Of a stretch of 64,000 nucleotides of DNA, positions 20,425 through 30,825 are shown piece after piece. The stretch lies in the NCBI GenBank assembly GCA_018970395.1, contig JAGWWM010000007.1, positions 14,839 through 78,838 of the forward strand. Reading direction: 5' to 3'. A model generated the notes under the pieces. It had not been told where the DNA came from. It made no database searches and worked only from the letters and a program-made list of their open reading frames with translations. Position numbers and translations under genes: made by a program. The number at the start of each line of letters is the position of its first letter. The first letter of the stretch is position 1. Origin of the DNA: Bacteroidota bacterium (GTDB taxonomy: Bacteria > Bacteroidota > Bacteroidia > Chitinophagales > Chitinophagaceae).

Positions 20425-21228
20425 TTAAAGATTAATGGCACTGAAATCCATTTTTTTAAATACATTACATTTTCCGTTCACAGTAACATCAACAATTGAT
20501 TTATTATTACTTTCAAAAGCTTCTCGAGCAAGTTTGTAAGCTAATTCTGACCGCAGTAAATCAGGCAGCTGCCATAAAATTCCTTTAGGAAAATAATCAG
20601 GATGAAAATGGCTTTCATCTTTTTCCTGAGTTCGGTATTCAATTTTATTCGGTTCTCCTTTTTCTTTAAAATTATGATCTAATCCAAGAATATATACTTC
20701 ATCAAAACCCATGAAAAAAATGAGTTGTAGCGCTGCGAAAGTTACTGTCCCTCCACCATATAACCCGCTTAACGGATTAGTGGAGAATTTATCATTGATG
20801 CTGAATCTGTATCTGACAAAGTTTATATCCGTGTTATTGGAGAATAATTTACGTTCGCTCCAGTTGTAAAACTTAACAGAATTAATCTGATTAAAATCAT
20901 CTTTGAACTGCCTAAGGACAAATTCATTCGAAATAATATGATAGGTAGGTTCAAAATTCAATTCATCTTTAAGTAAATAAATTCTATTTAAGCCAAATGT
21001 AATTTCGTTTTTTAGGAGATGCAAATTCATTGATTTTAAACTCGGTCCATTGGCAATTAAAAAACAACGTTTGCCTTTATGAAGATCCTGATAATAGGAT
21101 AATTTTTTTTGACTCAGAATGCCTTCTTCTGAGAAGTACCAGGTATAGATAGAAGGCAAGTTCTTGATTCTATTCAGTAAAGCAGTATAAATTCTTTGAA
21201 AGGAGAGTTCATTAATATTAAATCTCAT
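20425..21228 (-). CDS. DUF115/MptE-like (Maf/Cst-like) putative ulosonate transferase, copy 1
   Basis: CFLIANGPSL, GLNRI, TVTFAALQLIFFMGF.EVYILGLDH, SHFHPDYF. Confidence 0.75.
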   Translation of the reverse strand: MRFNINELSFQRIYTALLNRIKNLPSIYTWYFSEEGILSQKKLSYYQDLHKGKRCFLIANGPSLKSMNLHLLKNEITFGLNRIYLLKDELNFEPTYHIISNEFVLRQFKDDFNQINSVKFYNWSERKLFSNNTDINFVRYRFSINDKFSTNPLSGLYGGGTVTFAALQLIFFMGFDEVYILGLDHNFKEKGEPNKIEYRTQEKDESHFHPDYFPKGILWQLPDLLRSELAYKLAREAFESNNKSIVDVTVNGKCNVFKKMDFSAINL

Positions 21229-21236
21229 AAATAAGT

Positions 21237-22526
21237 TTAAAAATCGGATTTAGTTGTATTGATTTGAAATAATCTGTATTTAGCGTAAAAAATTGACAAA
21301 ATTACAACAGACAAAAAAACAAAGAGCGCGTTTTGAAAATACATTCCAAAAAAGGACTCTGTAATTCCAATAAAAATAAAATATAAAATAAACCCTAAAA
21401 GGGCATTTGCAAACTTATCATCATCATTCCAGAGCTTTTGAATTAGTTGTACAATTTCTCGAATCATTAGCATAAAGAATAATAGGCCAATATAACCATA
21501 ATCAAAAAATACAATTAAGGTAGAATTGTGAGGAGTAATCAATTCGCTATTTTTCCACCTTCCAAATAAGTAAGACCAAAACTTAGAAACTCCCGAAATA
21601 TAATGACCATATTCGCCATAGCCAATTAAATGAATAGGTTTAAAATTGGAAATCTCAATTAAGGAAAATAACCAAACAGTCAGGCGCCCATTTACAGAAG
21701 TAATTTCCTCAGTATCTCTTGTCATAAAATTGAAAATATTGTAATTTTCCAATAATTTGAGCACAAACAAGAAGAGAAGAGGTAAAATAATAGGCATTAA
21801 TGGGATGGCGTAAAGAAACTTTTTAAAATTAAAGTGTCTGATTATCCAAACCAAGGCAAAAACAAATACCGGAAATAATAATGATGCTCTTGAATCAAGC
21901 AAAAAAAGGATAGCTATTAAACAAATAATTATTGAAAAAACAAGAATTCTATTTTTAGATGAATAAAAGACATATGTAATTGATAGAAAAAAAACCATCC
22001 CAACTACACTAGCAAAGCTGTTAATGCCTGAAACTAGAGGGAATTGAACACGGTCAATATTAATGCCAATGTTTGCTAACATAAGCGCCTTCCCTATTGA
22101 TAAATCTTGTTGAATATCAAGATTTATCCCGGATGCCCAAAATGCCAAGTTTAAAAAAGCATAAACTCCAAAGGGGAGTATGATGTAAAAAAACAAGAGT
22201 TCAAAAAATAAGACCTTTTTATTTTTAAATATCCATGCATAATGAAGAATAAGCGATAAAAAGAAAAGCATGAATTCAATTCCAGAATACATTGTATAAC
22301 CAAATGACAATTGAGGCTTATTTGTTCGAAAAATACCAATCAGTACAATAAAAGACATTGTAAAGAGGAAAGGAGAAATAAATATTTTTTTAAACTTTAA
22401 TTTATGTAAAAGATAAAAATTGAAACTTCCTAATAAGATAATTGAAAGCGATTGAAATATAAAATTATCTGAAATTAAACGAAAAGATAAAAGGACGATA
22501 ATAAAAATTAATGAATAAATTTTCAA
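21237..22526 (-). CDS. Wzy polymerase / O-antigen-ligase-family membrane protein
   Basis: Many TM helices, DSRAS, NGR..VW, PHN...DYGYIG motifs; TTG start. Confidence 0.8.
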   Translation of the reverse strand: MKIYSLIFIIVLLSFRLISDNFIFQSLSIILLGSFNFYLLHKLKFKKIFISPFLFTMSFIVLIGIFRTNKPQLSFGYTMYSGIEFMLFFLSLILHYAWIFKNKKVLFFELLFFYIILPFGVYAFLNLAFWASGINLDIQQDLSIGKALMLANIGINIDRVQFPLVSGINSFASVVGMVFFLSITYVFYSSKNRILVFSIIICLIAILFLLDSRASLLFPVFVFALVWIIRHFNFKKFLYAIPLMPIILPLLFLFVLKLLENYNIFNFMTRDTEEITSVNGRLTVWLFSLIEISNFKPIHLIGYGEYGHYISGVSKFWSYLFGRWKNSELITPHNSTLIVFFDYGYIGLLFFMLMIREIVQLIQKLWNDDDKFANALLGFILYFIFIGITESFFGMYFQNALFVFLSVVILSIFYAKYRLFQINTTKSDF

Positions 22527-22550
22527 GGGATAGTTTTAAAATTTAATCAA

Positions 22551-23543
22551 TTATAAGCCATTAATAAGCGACAGAAATGCAAAGTCATCATTGTACTTAT
22601 TCAAAAAAATATCTGATTTAGAAAAAGAATGAACCGCCGAATCAAGCTCAGACAAGTCAAAAACAGAAATTAAATTAGGGTAGTCGAAAAATTGTAAATG
22701 TAAAAAACTGTTTTCCCTTACAATAATTGGTTTTCTTAACTGAATAGCACGACCAAAAAAACCCGATGGCCTGTTATTCGTATAAAATGAGTAAATAAAA
22801 TCACAATTATTCATAAGATAAAACAACTCTTCATTCGACACATATCTATTAATGACAAAACAATTTGGAAGATTGCTTATATGAAAAAAATCAGACGATG
22901 ACATTTCACCGGCAAAAAGAAAATTTAAATTATTATAATTTCCCGTGTTTAGAAAATTTAATAACTCAGTTCGTGAGCGTTGTTCATTAAATCTTCCTGG
23001 AACTAAGATTAACTTGCCTGCCTGATTAAAAAAGGTCTCAGATAATTCAGGGGGCATATCTGATTGAATATTTAAATAGGGCAAATCCCATAGTTGAGGG
23101 TCAAACATGAAGGCATTTACAAATTTTTCAATATCTTTTTGGTAGGGCGTATTTTTATGAATTGAGACAATAGTAGTAGTTGAAAAGTTTTTTATGAAAA
23201 AAAATAAAGACTTTTTTATAAATGATTTAAAGAATTTAATAGTACTGCTTTTAAAAAAGCATTTTTTTATTGATTTATGTTCATAAAAATATTCAGTTCT
23301 AACACTAATGGCTATTCCTTTCCCTCCCCAAATACCTCTTAATAAAATTATTGGAAAGAAAATTAAATCTGCATAGTCAATATCAAGGAAAATAATTTTA
23401 TCTCTTGAAAAAAGAATTTTCAATTTAGGAAAAGATGACTTTACATTATTTAAACCAATAAATTTAGAAAATAATAAAAAATAGTCGTCATGATGACAGG
23501 TTCTATTGGCAGAAAAACAAACAATTTTTTTTCCTTTAGGCAT
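22551..23543 (-). CDS. Divergent GT-B (GT4-like) glycosyltransferase
   Basis: C-terminal INRYVSNEELFYLMNNCDFI...SG...RAIQLRKPIIV resembles the GT4 donor-binding region. Confidence 0.55.
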   Translation of the reverse strand: MPKGKKIVCFSANRTCHHDDYFLLFSKFIGLNNVKSSFPKLKILFSRDKIIFLDIDYADLIFFPIILLRGIWGGKGIAISVRTEYFYEHKSIKKCFFKSSTIKFFKSFIKKSLFFFIKNFSTTTIVSIHKNTPYQKDIEKFVNAFMFDPQLWDLPYLNIQSDMPPELSETFFNQAGKLILVPGRFNEQRSRTELLNFLNTGNYNNLNFLFAGEMSSSDFFHISNLPNCFVINRYVSNEELFYLMNNCDFIYSFYTNNRPSGFFGRAIQLRKPIIVRENSFLHLQFFDYPNLISVFDLSELDSAVHSFSKSDIFLNKYNDDFAFLSLINGL

Positions 23544-24339
23544 TGATAAAGTCTTTAAGTTCCATTCTAGGATAAACTTCTAATTTGCCACCTTTAGTAC
23601 AATTAAAAATGTTTCTATTGTGTGCTTCGTAAAATTCAAGAGCCAATTTATAGTGGATTTCAGAACCAAGCAAATCTGGAATTTGCCAGTTCATTCCATT
23701 ACTGAAATATTCAGAAGAAAAATGGTTAGGATCAGATTTGCCTGATTTAACTGTCATATTTGAGGATCCTTCTGTAATGAAGCTATGATCACATCCAACA
23801 AGAGCAACACTTTTAAAGCCAAGATGAAAAGCAACCTGTAAAGCAACATACGTTACTGTATAACCTTGACAAACTGAGCCTGAAATATCACCGGCAAATC
23901 TTAGTTGAAATGGCAAAGAATGAATATAATTAATGTTTTTACCTGAATGTATAAATTTGGAAGCCGAACTATCCAGTATAAGTGGAATATCAGTACTATT
24001 AAAAAAATCCTTGTTTTGTTCAATAACCAGCTTATTGACTGATAGAATCAAATTGGGACGAAAATCAGTTTTATTAAATAAAAGATTAATTTTATTTAAT
24101 CCGATTGTAAAAATTCCGGATTTTTTTAACTCATTAAAATCAACTTCATTTAAACTAGGGCCATTACATAAAATAACAGCTTTTTGACCTACATGCTGAT
24201 TTTGTAACTTTTTAAGTCCTATTTTGCTACGACGCGCCTTAAAAGAAAGATCCCATAAAACCCTATTTTTTAAGAATCCTAATGCAATCCGATAGAGATT
24301 TAATCTTAAAGAAGGATTTATTTGTTTGATATAATTCAT
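23536..24339 (-). CDS. DUF115/MptE-like (Maf/Cst-like) putative ulosonate transferase, copy 2
   Basis: AVILCNGPSL, GLNKI, TVTYVALQVAFHLGF..VALVGCDH, NHFSSEYF. Confidence 0.75.
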   Translation of the reverse strand: MNYIKQINPSLRLNLYRIALGFLKNRVLWDLSFKARRSKIGLKKLQNQHVGQKAVILCNGPSLNEVDFNELKKSGIFTIGLNKINLLFNKTDFRPNLILSVNKLVIEQNKDFFNSTDIPLILDSSASKFIHSGKNINYIHSLPFQLRFAGDISGSVCQGYTVTYVALQVAFHLGFKSVALVGCDHSFITEGSSNMTVKSGKSDPNHFSSEYFSNGMNWQIPDLLGSEIHYKLALEFYEAHNRNIFNCTKGGKLEVYPRMELKDFINA

Positions 24340-24370
24340 ACTAAAAATTACAGAAAGATTTGATCAAATT

Positions 24371-25816
24371 TTAAAGAAGAAAAAGTTTAATGAAAATAAA
24401 ACCAATTAAAAGACATAGAGGCAATAGGGAAACAGATGTTTCAAATTTAAAAAAACTAGTCTGAATGCTTTTTAAAGAATTGATGGCAGAATACCATGAG
24501 TAAAAACCAAGATATCCGCAAAGCATCGCTACCGGAATTGCATAAATGCCTAGTGTATGGACAGCAATAAAAGCTACAACAATAAAAATAATTCCGGAAA
24601 CTCCGTCTGCAATATGGGCAATGATATGGTTAGTTGTTAAATACAACTGCATATGCATTGCGCCAAATCTGTGTACAAAAAAAGCTAAAGAAAATAGAAA
24701 CCAAAAAAGAGAAGGAACGAAATCAATATTACTTTGTATAAGACTGATAAGATACTCGCTAAAAAAACCTACAATAAGTACGCCTGAAACGAAAATAAGA
24801 TGACTTAACCGCATACCCTTTTGAGATAATTTAATTAATTTGTCAATTCTGCCCTCAGCTCTTAACCTTGATAAGTATGGAATTTTACTGTAAAAAGGAG
24901 CCATAGCAATTTCTTTAAGTTGAGTCATAATTCTTAACGCAAGAAGATATGAAGATATAATAATGGGATCTCCAATCTGTGCATATAAAATACCACTCAG
25001 ATGAGTAAGGCCATTAGACATTAGTCCTGAAATGCCGGTTTTCCAGGCAGGCGGCCAAAGCTTATTAAACAAACTTAGATTAAATGGTAAAGATTTAAAT
25101 GACTGAAGCTTGCCATCTTCTATATTCCTGGATAAAAACCAGTTTCTAAGCACATTCAGAATCAACCAGATCTGATTTGCTATAATCAAAGAAAGCAAAC
25201 TGCCATTCATTAAAAGAACAATAATGCTTGTCGTAATACTTCCTAAATTCATTAAAGATTCAATTTTTCTTACTAAAGCAATTTTATTTAATCCTTCGAG
25301 ATAGTTTTGAAAAATTGTTCCGTAAAAACGAATCACATTGGCAATAATTATCACTCCCCAAGCCAACCAGGCATTCTTTTGATGTTCAACCAAAGAAATG
25401 GGCTTAATAAGAAGACAGGTTCCGATACTAATTAAAAGAAATAATAAAATAAGACTTAGATACTTGTAAATCAAAGTCATAATTGAAAAGATCTCTTCCA
25501 GCAAATTCCAATTAGTTACGCTATCAGATTCATTATTTTTTTGGCCTGTATGATAAATTTTAATTTCGGTTGCCCCGGCAACAGCGTATGAAATTACTCG
25601 GATAAATGTCTGCCTAAACCCCATATCTGCAAGTCCCAACAAGATAAATATAGAGCTGAAGAGATACCATAAACTAATTTCAGGAGGAGCAAATTTTTTC
25701 AGTATTAGAGGTAAAACAACAAATAAACTAAGTGCTTTGGTTGAATAACTTAACCATGTCATTAAAGTTGGCGAATGCCAAAAACGCGTATAAGATGACT
25801 TGATCAAATTAACCAT
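24371..25816 (-). CDS. wzx: Wzx flippase (MOP superfamily)
   Basis: About 12 TM helices, LGLADMGF, position inside a Wzy-type locus. Confidence 0.75.
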   Translation of the reverse strand: MVNLIKSSYTRFWHSPTLMTWLSYSTKALSLFVVLPLILKKFAPPEISLWYLFSSIFILLGLADMGFRQTFIRVISYAVAGATEIKIYHTGQKNNESDSVTNWNLLEEIFSIMTLIYKYLSLILLFLLISIGTCLLIKPISLVEHQKNAWLAWGVIIIANVIRFYGTIFQNYLEGLNKIALVRKIESLMNLGSITTSIIVLLMNGSLLSLIIANQIWLILNVLRNWFLSRNIEDGKLQSFKSLPFNLSLFNKLWPPAWKTGISGLMSNGLTHLSGILYAQIGDPIIISSYLLALRIMTQLKEIAMAPFYSKIPYLSRLRAEGRIDKLIKLSQKGMRLSHLIFVSGVLIVGFFSEYLISLIQSNIDFVPSLFWFLFSLAFFVHRFGAMHMQLYLTTNHIIAHIADGVSGIIFIVVAFIAVHTLGIYAIPVAMLCGYLGFYSWYSAINSLKSIQTSFFKFETSVSLLPLCLLIGFIFIKLFLL

Positions 25817-26744
25817 TAATTAATGATAAAAGATTTTGAACAGCCATTATCCCTTGTCTTTCTACGCTTTGATGTGTTCGAGAACCTACATGGGGGGTAA
25901 TAATTACGTTTTCAAGCCCTAAAAGTTTTTCATTTTTTTCAATCGGCTCTATTGCAAGAACATCTGTAAGATAACCACGAATCTTTCCGTTTTGCAATCC
26001 AATTATAAGAGCATCCGTATTCACTAGCATTCCCCTTGCCGTATTTACAATGACGGGGGTCTTTTTAAGCAGATTATTTATAACATGATCATTTATAATA
26101 TACTCAGTTTCTGGAGTATGTGGCAGATGAAGACTTATATAATCGGCATCATAAAAGAGTTGGCTGAGTGAATCGGCAAAATGAACATCTGGATTATTTT
26201 TTAAAAAATCAGTATCTCTATACAGATCAAAAGCAATCACCTTGAGACCGAGTGCAATCGATTTTTTAGACAAAGCCTTTCCTATAGCACCTAATCCAAC
26301 AATCCCAATAGTTTTTCCTTCTATTTCATTACCCGTATATCTTTTCCAACTTCCACTTTGGACTGCAGTGTATTGAACGATTATATTTTTTTCAAAAGTC
26401 AGGATGAGTGCAAGTACATGTTCAGCAACCGATATTTGATTAACTCCGGGACAATTTTTAACAGGAATACCTAATTCATTTGCTATTTTTAAATTGATTC
26501 GATCTAGGCCAACGCCATATTTTGAAATAAATTTCAATTTGCCGGAACGTCCTTTTCTTAATACATTTTCAGTGTATTCATCATCTCCGCATACAACTGC
26601 ATCGTATTCCTGTATTATAGGCAACAAAACTGATTCAGGTACCGGGCCTCGTAAATAATCAATATCAAATCCTTGGGCATTTAACAAATCATGATGTTTG
26701 CCGGGTGTATCTTGAAATGAGGTAGAAGTAAGTAAAATTTTCAT
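25809..26744 (-). CDS. D-isomer 2-hydroxyacid dehydrogenase (PGDH-like, no ACT domain)
   Basis: YGVGLDRI, GIVGLGAIG, NTARG, DV...EP, TPHVGS. Confidence 0.9.
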   Translation of the reverse strand: MKILLTSTSFQDTPGKHHDLLNAQGFDIDYLRGPVPESVLLPIIQEYDAVVCGDDEYTENVLRKGRSGKLKFISKYGVGLDRINLKIANELGIPVKNCPGVNQISVAEHVLALILTFEKNIIVQYTAVQSGSWKRYTGNEIEGKTIGIVGLGAIGKALSKKSIALGLKVIAFDLYRDTDFLKNNPDVHFADSLSQLFYDADYISLHLPHTPETEYIINDHVINNLLKKTPVIVNTARGMLVNTDALIIGLQNGKIRGYLTDVLAIEPIEKNEKLLGLENVIITPHVGSRTHQSVERQGIMAVQNLLSLING

Positions 26745-26752
26745 TGATATTA

Positions 26753-27817
26753 TTATTTAATTTTAGATGGGTAGCTGGAAACCGATTGAATCAGCTTATT
26801 TAATGGCATAAAATATCTAGTCGGATGATTAGGAATAAAAATATCCCAAGGAAGTAAAGTTTCCCTTTGGTGTTTGATATTATATTCAATTAGTTTAACA
26901 TGCAGACTTGCATCCTTTGAAGGAATAGTAAACAGTTGAGATTTATGTAAAGAATCTGCTGTGGAATAAAGCTTATGAAGGATGGAGTCGTTTACTTTTT
27001 TAGCTTCAAGTTCTGCTATCCCGCCATCGAATTTTTGATAAATTTTATTCCATTCTCCATTATAATTGTTCGTTAGAAAAATCATTCTCGGGTAATTTTC
27101 TCTGACACAACTCATCCATTGTTCAAAAAAAAGTATAACTGACTCTTCTTGGAAATGCTCATAATGTTTAAGAATTATTGAATCATTTGCTGAAAGAATA
27201 TTTTTCTTGTTTGCTTTCTTCTCAATAATTCTGATTATTGAATCAATATCAACAGTTCTATCCGGATAGAGTTGATCATATTTTGCAATGCAATGTTTGC
27301 AAAAGCAACCAACAATTCCCTCTTTCTTCAACCTTACATTAAATAAAGGATCATCTACAAATAATGCATACGGCTTTTTGGTAGATAAAAAATTACTTCG
27401 TTCAAAAAAAAGATCTGCGAATAACGGATTATTAACACATCCCCAAAAGAGGTTCTTATTTTTCCATGATTTCATCCAGGGGGCTACGTATTCAATTCCT
27501 TTGTAATCAATTATTCTGTATTTGGAAGTTGTATAACCTGCCGAATCCGGAATCTGAGGATTAAGCGTTAAGCTGTACTTAAGGTTTCTTCTTTTATACT
27601 CCTGAAGAACGAGATCATTTTCATAATATACCCAATCAATTCGATTTGGCTTTAATTGATCAATGATGAGTAAAGTACTGGTTGAGTCATTTTTATCGCG
27701 CGGATGAAAAAAACGTGAGGAAAGCACATAATTATTTGATATATGAGCATTATTCTTACATGAAGCAAAGAAAAATATTATTATCAGGAATCTCAATTTG
27801 AATCTATAATTTTTCAA
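26753..27817 (-). CDS. Hypothetical lipoprotein, glycoside-hydrolase-like TIM barrel
   Basis: Lipobox FFASC; W.CVNNP.F, LFVDDP and GCFCKHC motifs recall GH42/GHL-type barrels. Confidence 0.5.
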   Translation of the reverse strand: MKNYRFKLRFLIIIFFFASCKNNAHISNNYVLSSRFFHPRDKNDSTSTLLIIDQLKPNRIDWVYYENDLVLQEYKRRNLKYSLTLNPQIPDSAGYTTSKYRIIDYKGIEYVAPWMKSWKNKNLFWGCVNNPLFADLFFERSNFLSTKKPYALFVDDPLFNVRLKKEGIVGCFCKHCIAKYDQLYPDRTVDIDSIIRIIEKKANKKNILSANDSIILKHYEHFQEESVILFFEQWMSCVRENYPRMIFLTNNYNGEWNKIYQKFDGGIAELEAKKVNDSILHKLYSTADSLHKSQLFTIPSKDASLHVKLIEYNIKHQRETLLPWDIFIPNHPTRYFMPLNKLIQSVSSYPSKIK

Positions 27818-28457
27818 TTAAATCAATTGTATCACTTAGATGAGTTAAATCTTTAATTCTGATTACATTCTGATTTTTAAATAATTCAAATCCTTCTTCT
27901 GTTTCTCTTAAAATAAAATGTAAATTATGAACAACCGCTGCGTTATAATCGGTTAAGGCGTCTCCGACGAACACGCATTCATTAGGACTTAATGAGTGCA
28001 TATTTAAAATTTCATTAACCCAAAATTCTTTTTTTTCAGGAGAGCCATAAATACCATCAAAAAAATGACTCATATTCCTTCGCTCGAGGATAGGGATAAT
28101 TTCCACAGTAGGCGTGCCGGTAATTATAAATTTTTTATACGCAGGATTGTTTTTCAGAAATGCGTAAGCGCCCGGAACTTCGGGAGCATGAATAACGCCA
28201 TCCACAACCAAATTGCTAAACTCATCTGATAGAATTTTAATTTTTTCATCACTCAATTCCTGATTTAACCAAGATCCATTATAAATCCTAAATTTTTCAA
28301 ATCTTGAAATACCTCCATTAGCCTGATGATGCGCTACAACCTTCTCAGCAAATTCATGCCCGTATGGAAGATACATTTTCCTGAAAGCTTCTGTTTTTAC
28401 ATTGACAGATTCAGCCAGCACTCCGTCAAAATCAAAAAAAATACATTTTATTTTCAT
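27804..28457 (-). CDS. HAD-family phosphatase (class IA)
   Basis: FFDFDGVL, IITGT, GSP.KK, FVGDALTD. MKIK start chosen over 28475. Confidence 0.88.
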   Translation of the reverse strand: MKIKCIFFDFDGVLAESVNVKTEAFRKMYLPYGHEFAEKVVAHHQANGGISRFEKFRIYNGSWLNQELSDEKIKILSDEFSNLVVDGVIHAPEVPGAYAFLKNNPAYKKFIITGTPTVEIIPILERRNMSHFFDGIYGSPEKKEFWVNEILNMHSLSPNECVFVGDALTDYNAAVVHNLHFILRETEEGFELFKNQNVIRIKDLTHLSDTIDLIEKL

Positions 28458-28467
28458 TAAACATAAT

Positions 28468-29169
28468 TTATCCAACCAAACAATGAAGATTTTGATGTGT
28501 TTTTATAATTGGGGTTACAGGATAAGAATTATCTATCCCGGATAATATATCTGATAAAATACTTTCTTTTTTTGCTCCTTTCAAAAGCAAAATGATTTCT
28601 TTTGAATTGAGAATAAGCGGATAGGTCATCGTAATTCTATCAGCATTCAATTGAGGAACAGAATTGATGACAACAGATTCGTGTTCAATATCTAGTGCAA
28701 CCGTTGATGGAAAAAGGGATGCAGTATGGCCATCATCTCCCATGCCAAGTAAAATCAGATCAAATTGAGAGAAACCATTTTCGCCAGTTTCAACATGTTT
28801 TAAAATTTGAGTCCGATACAGCTTAACAGTTTCTTCAAGGCTCAGATGCTCCTGGATCATTGAAAAAGCAGCAGATTCAATAAAGTCAAAAAAAACATTT
28901 GAGATATTGCCAAAATTACTCTCTCGGCTTGAAATAGGAACGCAACGTTCATCTACTAAAAAAAAATTATATCTTTTCCAATTAATCGGATACTTTTTGA
29001 GTAAGGAAAGAATCGGAAGAGGAGTACTTCCCCCTGACAAGCCTATATTGATGTTTTCGGATTTATTTCGCTCTAATTCACAAAAACGGTTAAAAATGAA
29101 TGCTGCAGCAAAACTGCTAAAATCCTGATCAAATAGAGGCTTACAAATTTTCGGTACGGCCATACTCAT
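28468..29169 (-). CDS. pgl: 6-phosphogluconolactonase-like protein
   Basis: GLSGGSTP, VDERCVP, SNF, LLGMGDDGHTASLFP, RITMT. Confidence 0.85.
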   Translation of the reverse strand: MSMAVPKICKPLFDQDFSSFAAAFIFNRFCELERNKSENINIGLSGGSTPLPILSLLKKYPINWKRYNFFLVDERCVPISSRESNFGNISNVFFDFIESAAFSMIQEHLSLEETVKLYRTQILKHVETGENGFSQFDLILLGMGDDGHTASLFPSTVALDIEHESVVINSVPQLNADRITMTYPLILNSKEIILLLKGAKKESILSDILSGIDNSYPVTPIIKTHQNLHCLVG

Positions 29170-30040
29170 TATAATAAACAGCTCTTACGCATTCAAGCAA
29201 ACCTTGACCCATATCAATATGCGGATTAGCAATTAATTTTTTACTTACAGATGCGTCAAATGCGTAGGGAGTAAATCTGTAATGATTATTATACCCTTCG
29301 TTTTTACAAATTACTTCTACTTTATTATCCAGAATTTCATTAATCATGTTAAATAATTCAATTCTCTTTAACCGTTCATTACCAGTGAGAATAACATGAA
29401 TATTATTAAATTCTTCTGACTCTAAAACATCTACCGAAAGTTTAGCTGCATCTGAAGCATGGATATACTCACGAATTTCTTCCCCATCTCCCTTATGTTC
29501 AATTTTTCCGCTGACCACCGCATCTTTTACTAATTTATAAATGTAATTATTGTTATAATCTTTTTCTGCATATACAGAACCATATCTTAAAATGACAAAA
29601 GAAAGTCCAAGTTTTCTGGAATACTCTTCAATAATCTTTTCAGAAGCCAGTTTACTGATACCATAAAAGGAGCCTTTATTGCTGACTGCATAAGCACTGC
29701 TGGCGTAGATAAATTTTTTAACTCCATGTGAGAGACAGGCATCAAGAATATATATATTGCTGATTACATTAAGCTCCATTGTTTTAAGTGGATTCTGTAC
29801 CGCATCATCTAAATTTGCGAAACCGGCCAGATTGTACACAATATCAAATTCATATTGATTAAAAATACGAATTACGTTTTCTTTGCTTGATATGTCGCAT
29901 TGTATAAATGTGACCTCATGCTTTAGAGATTCGTTTGTGCTCAAATCCGCAACAAATACAATATAATTTCTTGAGATTAGCTCTTGAACGAGATAAGATC
30001 CCAAAAAACCGAAGCCTCCAAAAACTAAAACTCGGTTCAT
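29141..30040 (-). CDS. NAD-dependent epimerase/dehydratase (extended SDR)
   Basis: GGFGFLG, NLAG, ASS, YGISK (YxxxK), LRYGSVY. Confidence 0.9.
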   Translation of the reverse strand: MNRVLVFGGFGFLGSYLVQELISRNYIVFVADLSTNESLKHEVTFIQCDISSKENVIRIFNQYEFDIVYNLAGFANLDDAVQNPLKTMELNVISNIYILDACLSHGVKKFIYASSAYAVSNKGSFYGISKLASEKIIEEYSRKLGLSFVILRYGSVYAEKDYNNNYIYKLVKDAVVSGKIEHKGDGEEIREYIHASDAAKLSVDVLESEEFNNIHVILTGNERLKRIELFNMINEILDNKVEVICKNEGYNNHYRFTPYAFDASVSKKLIANPHIDMGQGLLECVRAVYYNEYGRTENL

Positions 30041-30825
30041 TTTATTTTTTGATTTAATAATCTCATTTCATCTCTGGCCTTGTCGCCAAGGAAAAAGAAA
30101 TCAAGACTAAAAGCTAGAAAAGAATATCCTTTATTAATTTTTTCAACGATTTTCTCGTGATTGGAATCAATCACATGGAATCCAAGGGACTTATTCAATC
30201 TTTTAGAAATTTCCTCCACTTTATCTAGCGCCAACTTAACATCTTCTCGGTGATATTCACCCGGATAACCCATCGAAGCAGAAAGATCGTAAGGCCCAAC
30301 AATAATCCCGTCTATATCAGGAACAGAAAAAATATCTTCCAGATTTTGAACTGCTTCAATATGTTCAATCTGGGCAATCAAAACAGCTTCATTTTTGACC
30401 CAATCCTGATACGAATTAAACGCAGTACCATATTTCTGAGCTCTATTTAATCCAACACCTCTTTTACCTATTGGCGGATATTTGACATAGTTGACTGCCT
30501 CAATCGCTTCAGCTTTATTTTTAATCATAGGCACAATTACACCATCTGCTCCTGCATCCAAGACTCTCTTAATAACTACTTCTTCATTCTTGCTTACACG
30601 CACAAGAGCCTGCATTCCATTACCCTGAATATGACCAATTAAATTCATAACAGTCTCGATACTGATAGCTGCGTGTTCGATATCTATTGCAAGCCATTCA
30701 AAGCCGGCTGTGGAAAGAATTTCAATAACCGATTGATGAGGAATCGTCAACCAAGAACCGAATGATAATTCTTTTTTCGCAAGTTTTTGTTTTAACCTGC
30801 TGTTATGATGTGAAAAGTTTTGCAT
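30037..30825 (-). CDS. HpcH/HpaI class II pyruvate aldolase
   Basis: DIEH, LVRV, LDAGADGVIVPM, YPPIGKRG, QIE, GPYDLSASMG; the catalytic His, Arg, Glu and Asp positions are all present. Confidence 0.93.
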   Translation of the reverse strand: MQNFSHHNSRLKQKLAKKELSFGSWLTIPHQSVIEILSTAGFEWLAIDIEHAAISIETVMNLIGHIQGNGMQALVRVSKNEEVVIKRVLDAGADGVIVPMIKNKAEAIEAVNYVKYPPIGKRGVGLNRAQKYGTAFNSYQDWVKNEAVLIAQIEHIEAVQNLEDIFSVPDIDGIIVGPYDLSASMGYPGEYHREDVKLALDKVEEISKRLNKSLGFHVIDSNHEKIVEKINKGYSFLAFSLDFFFLGDKARDEMRLLNQKIK

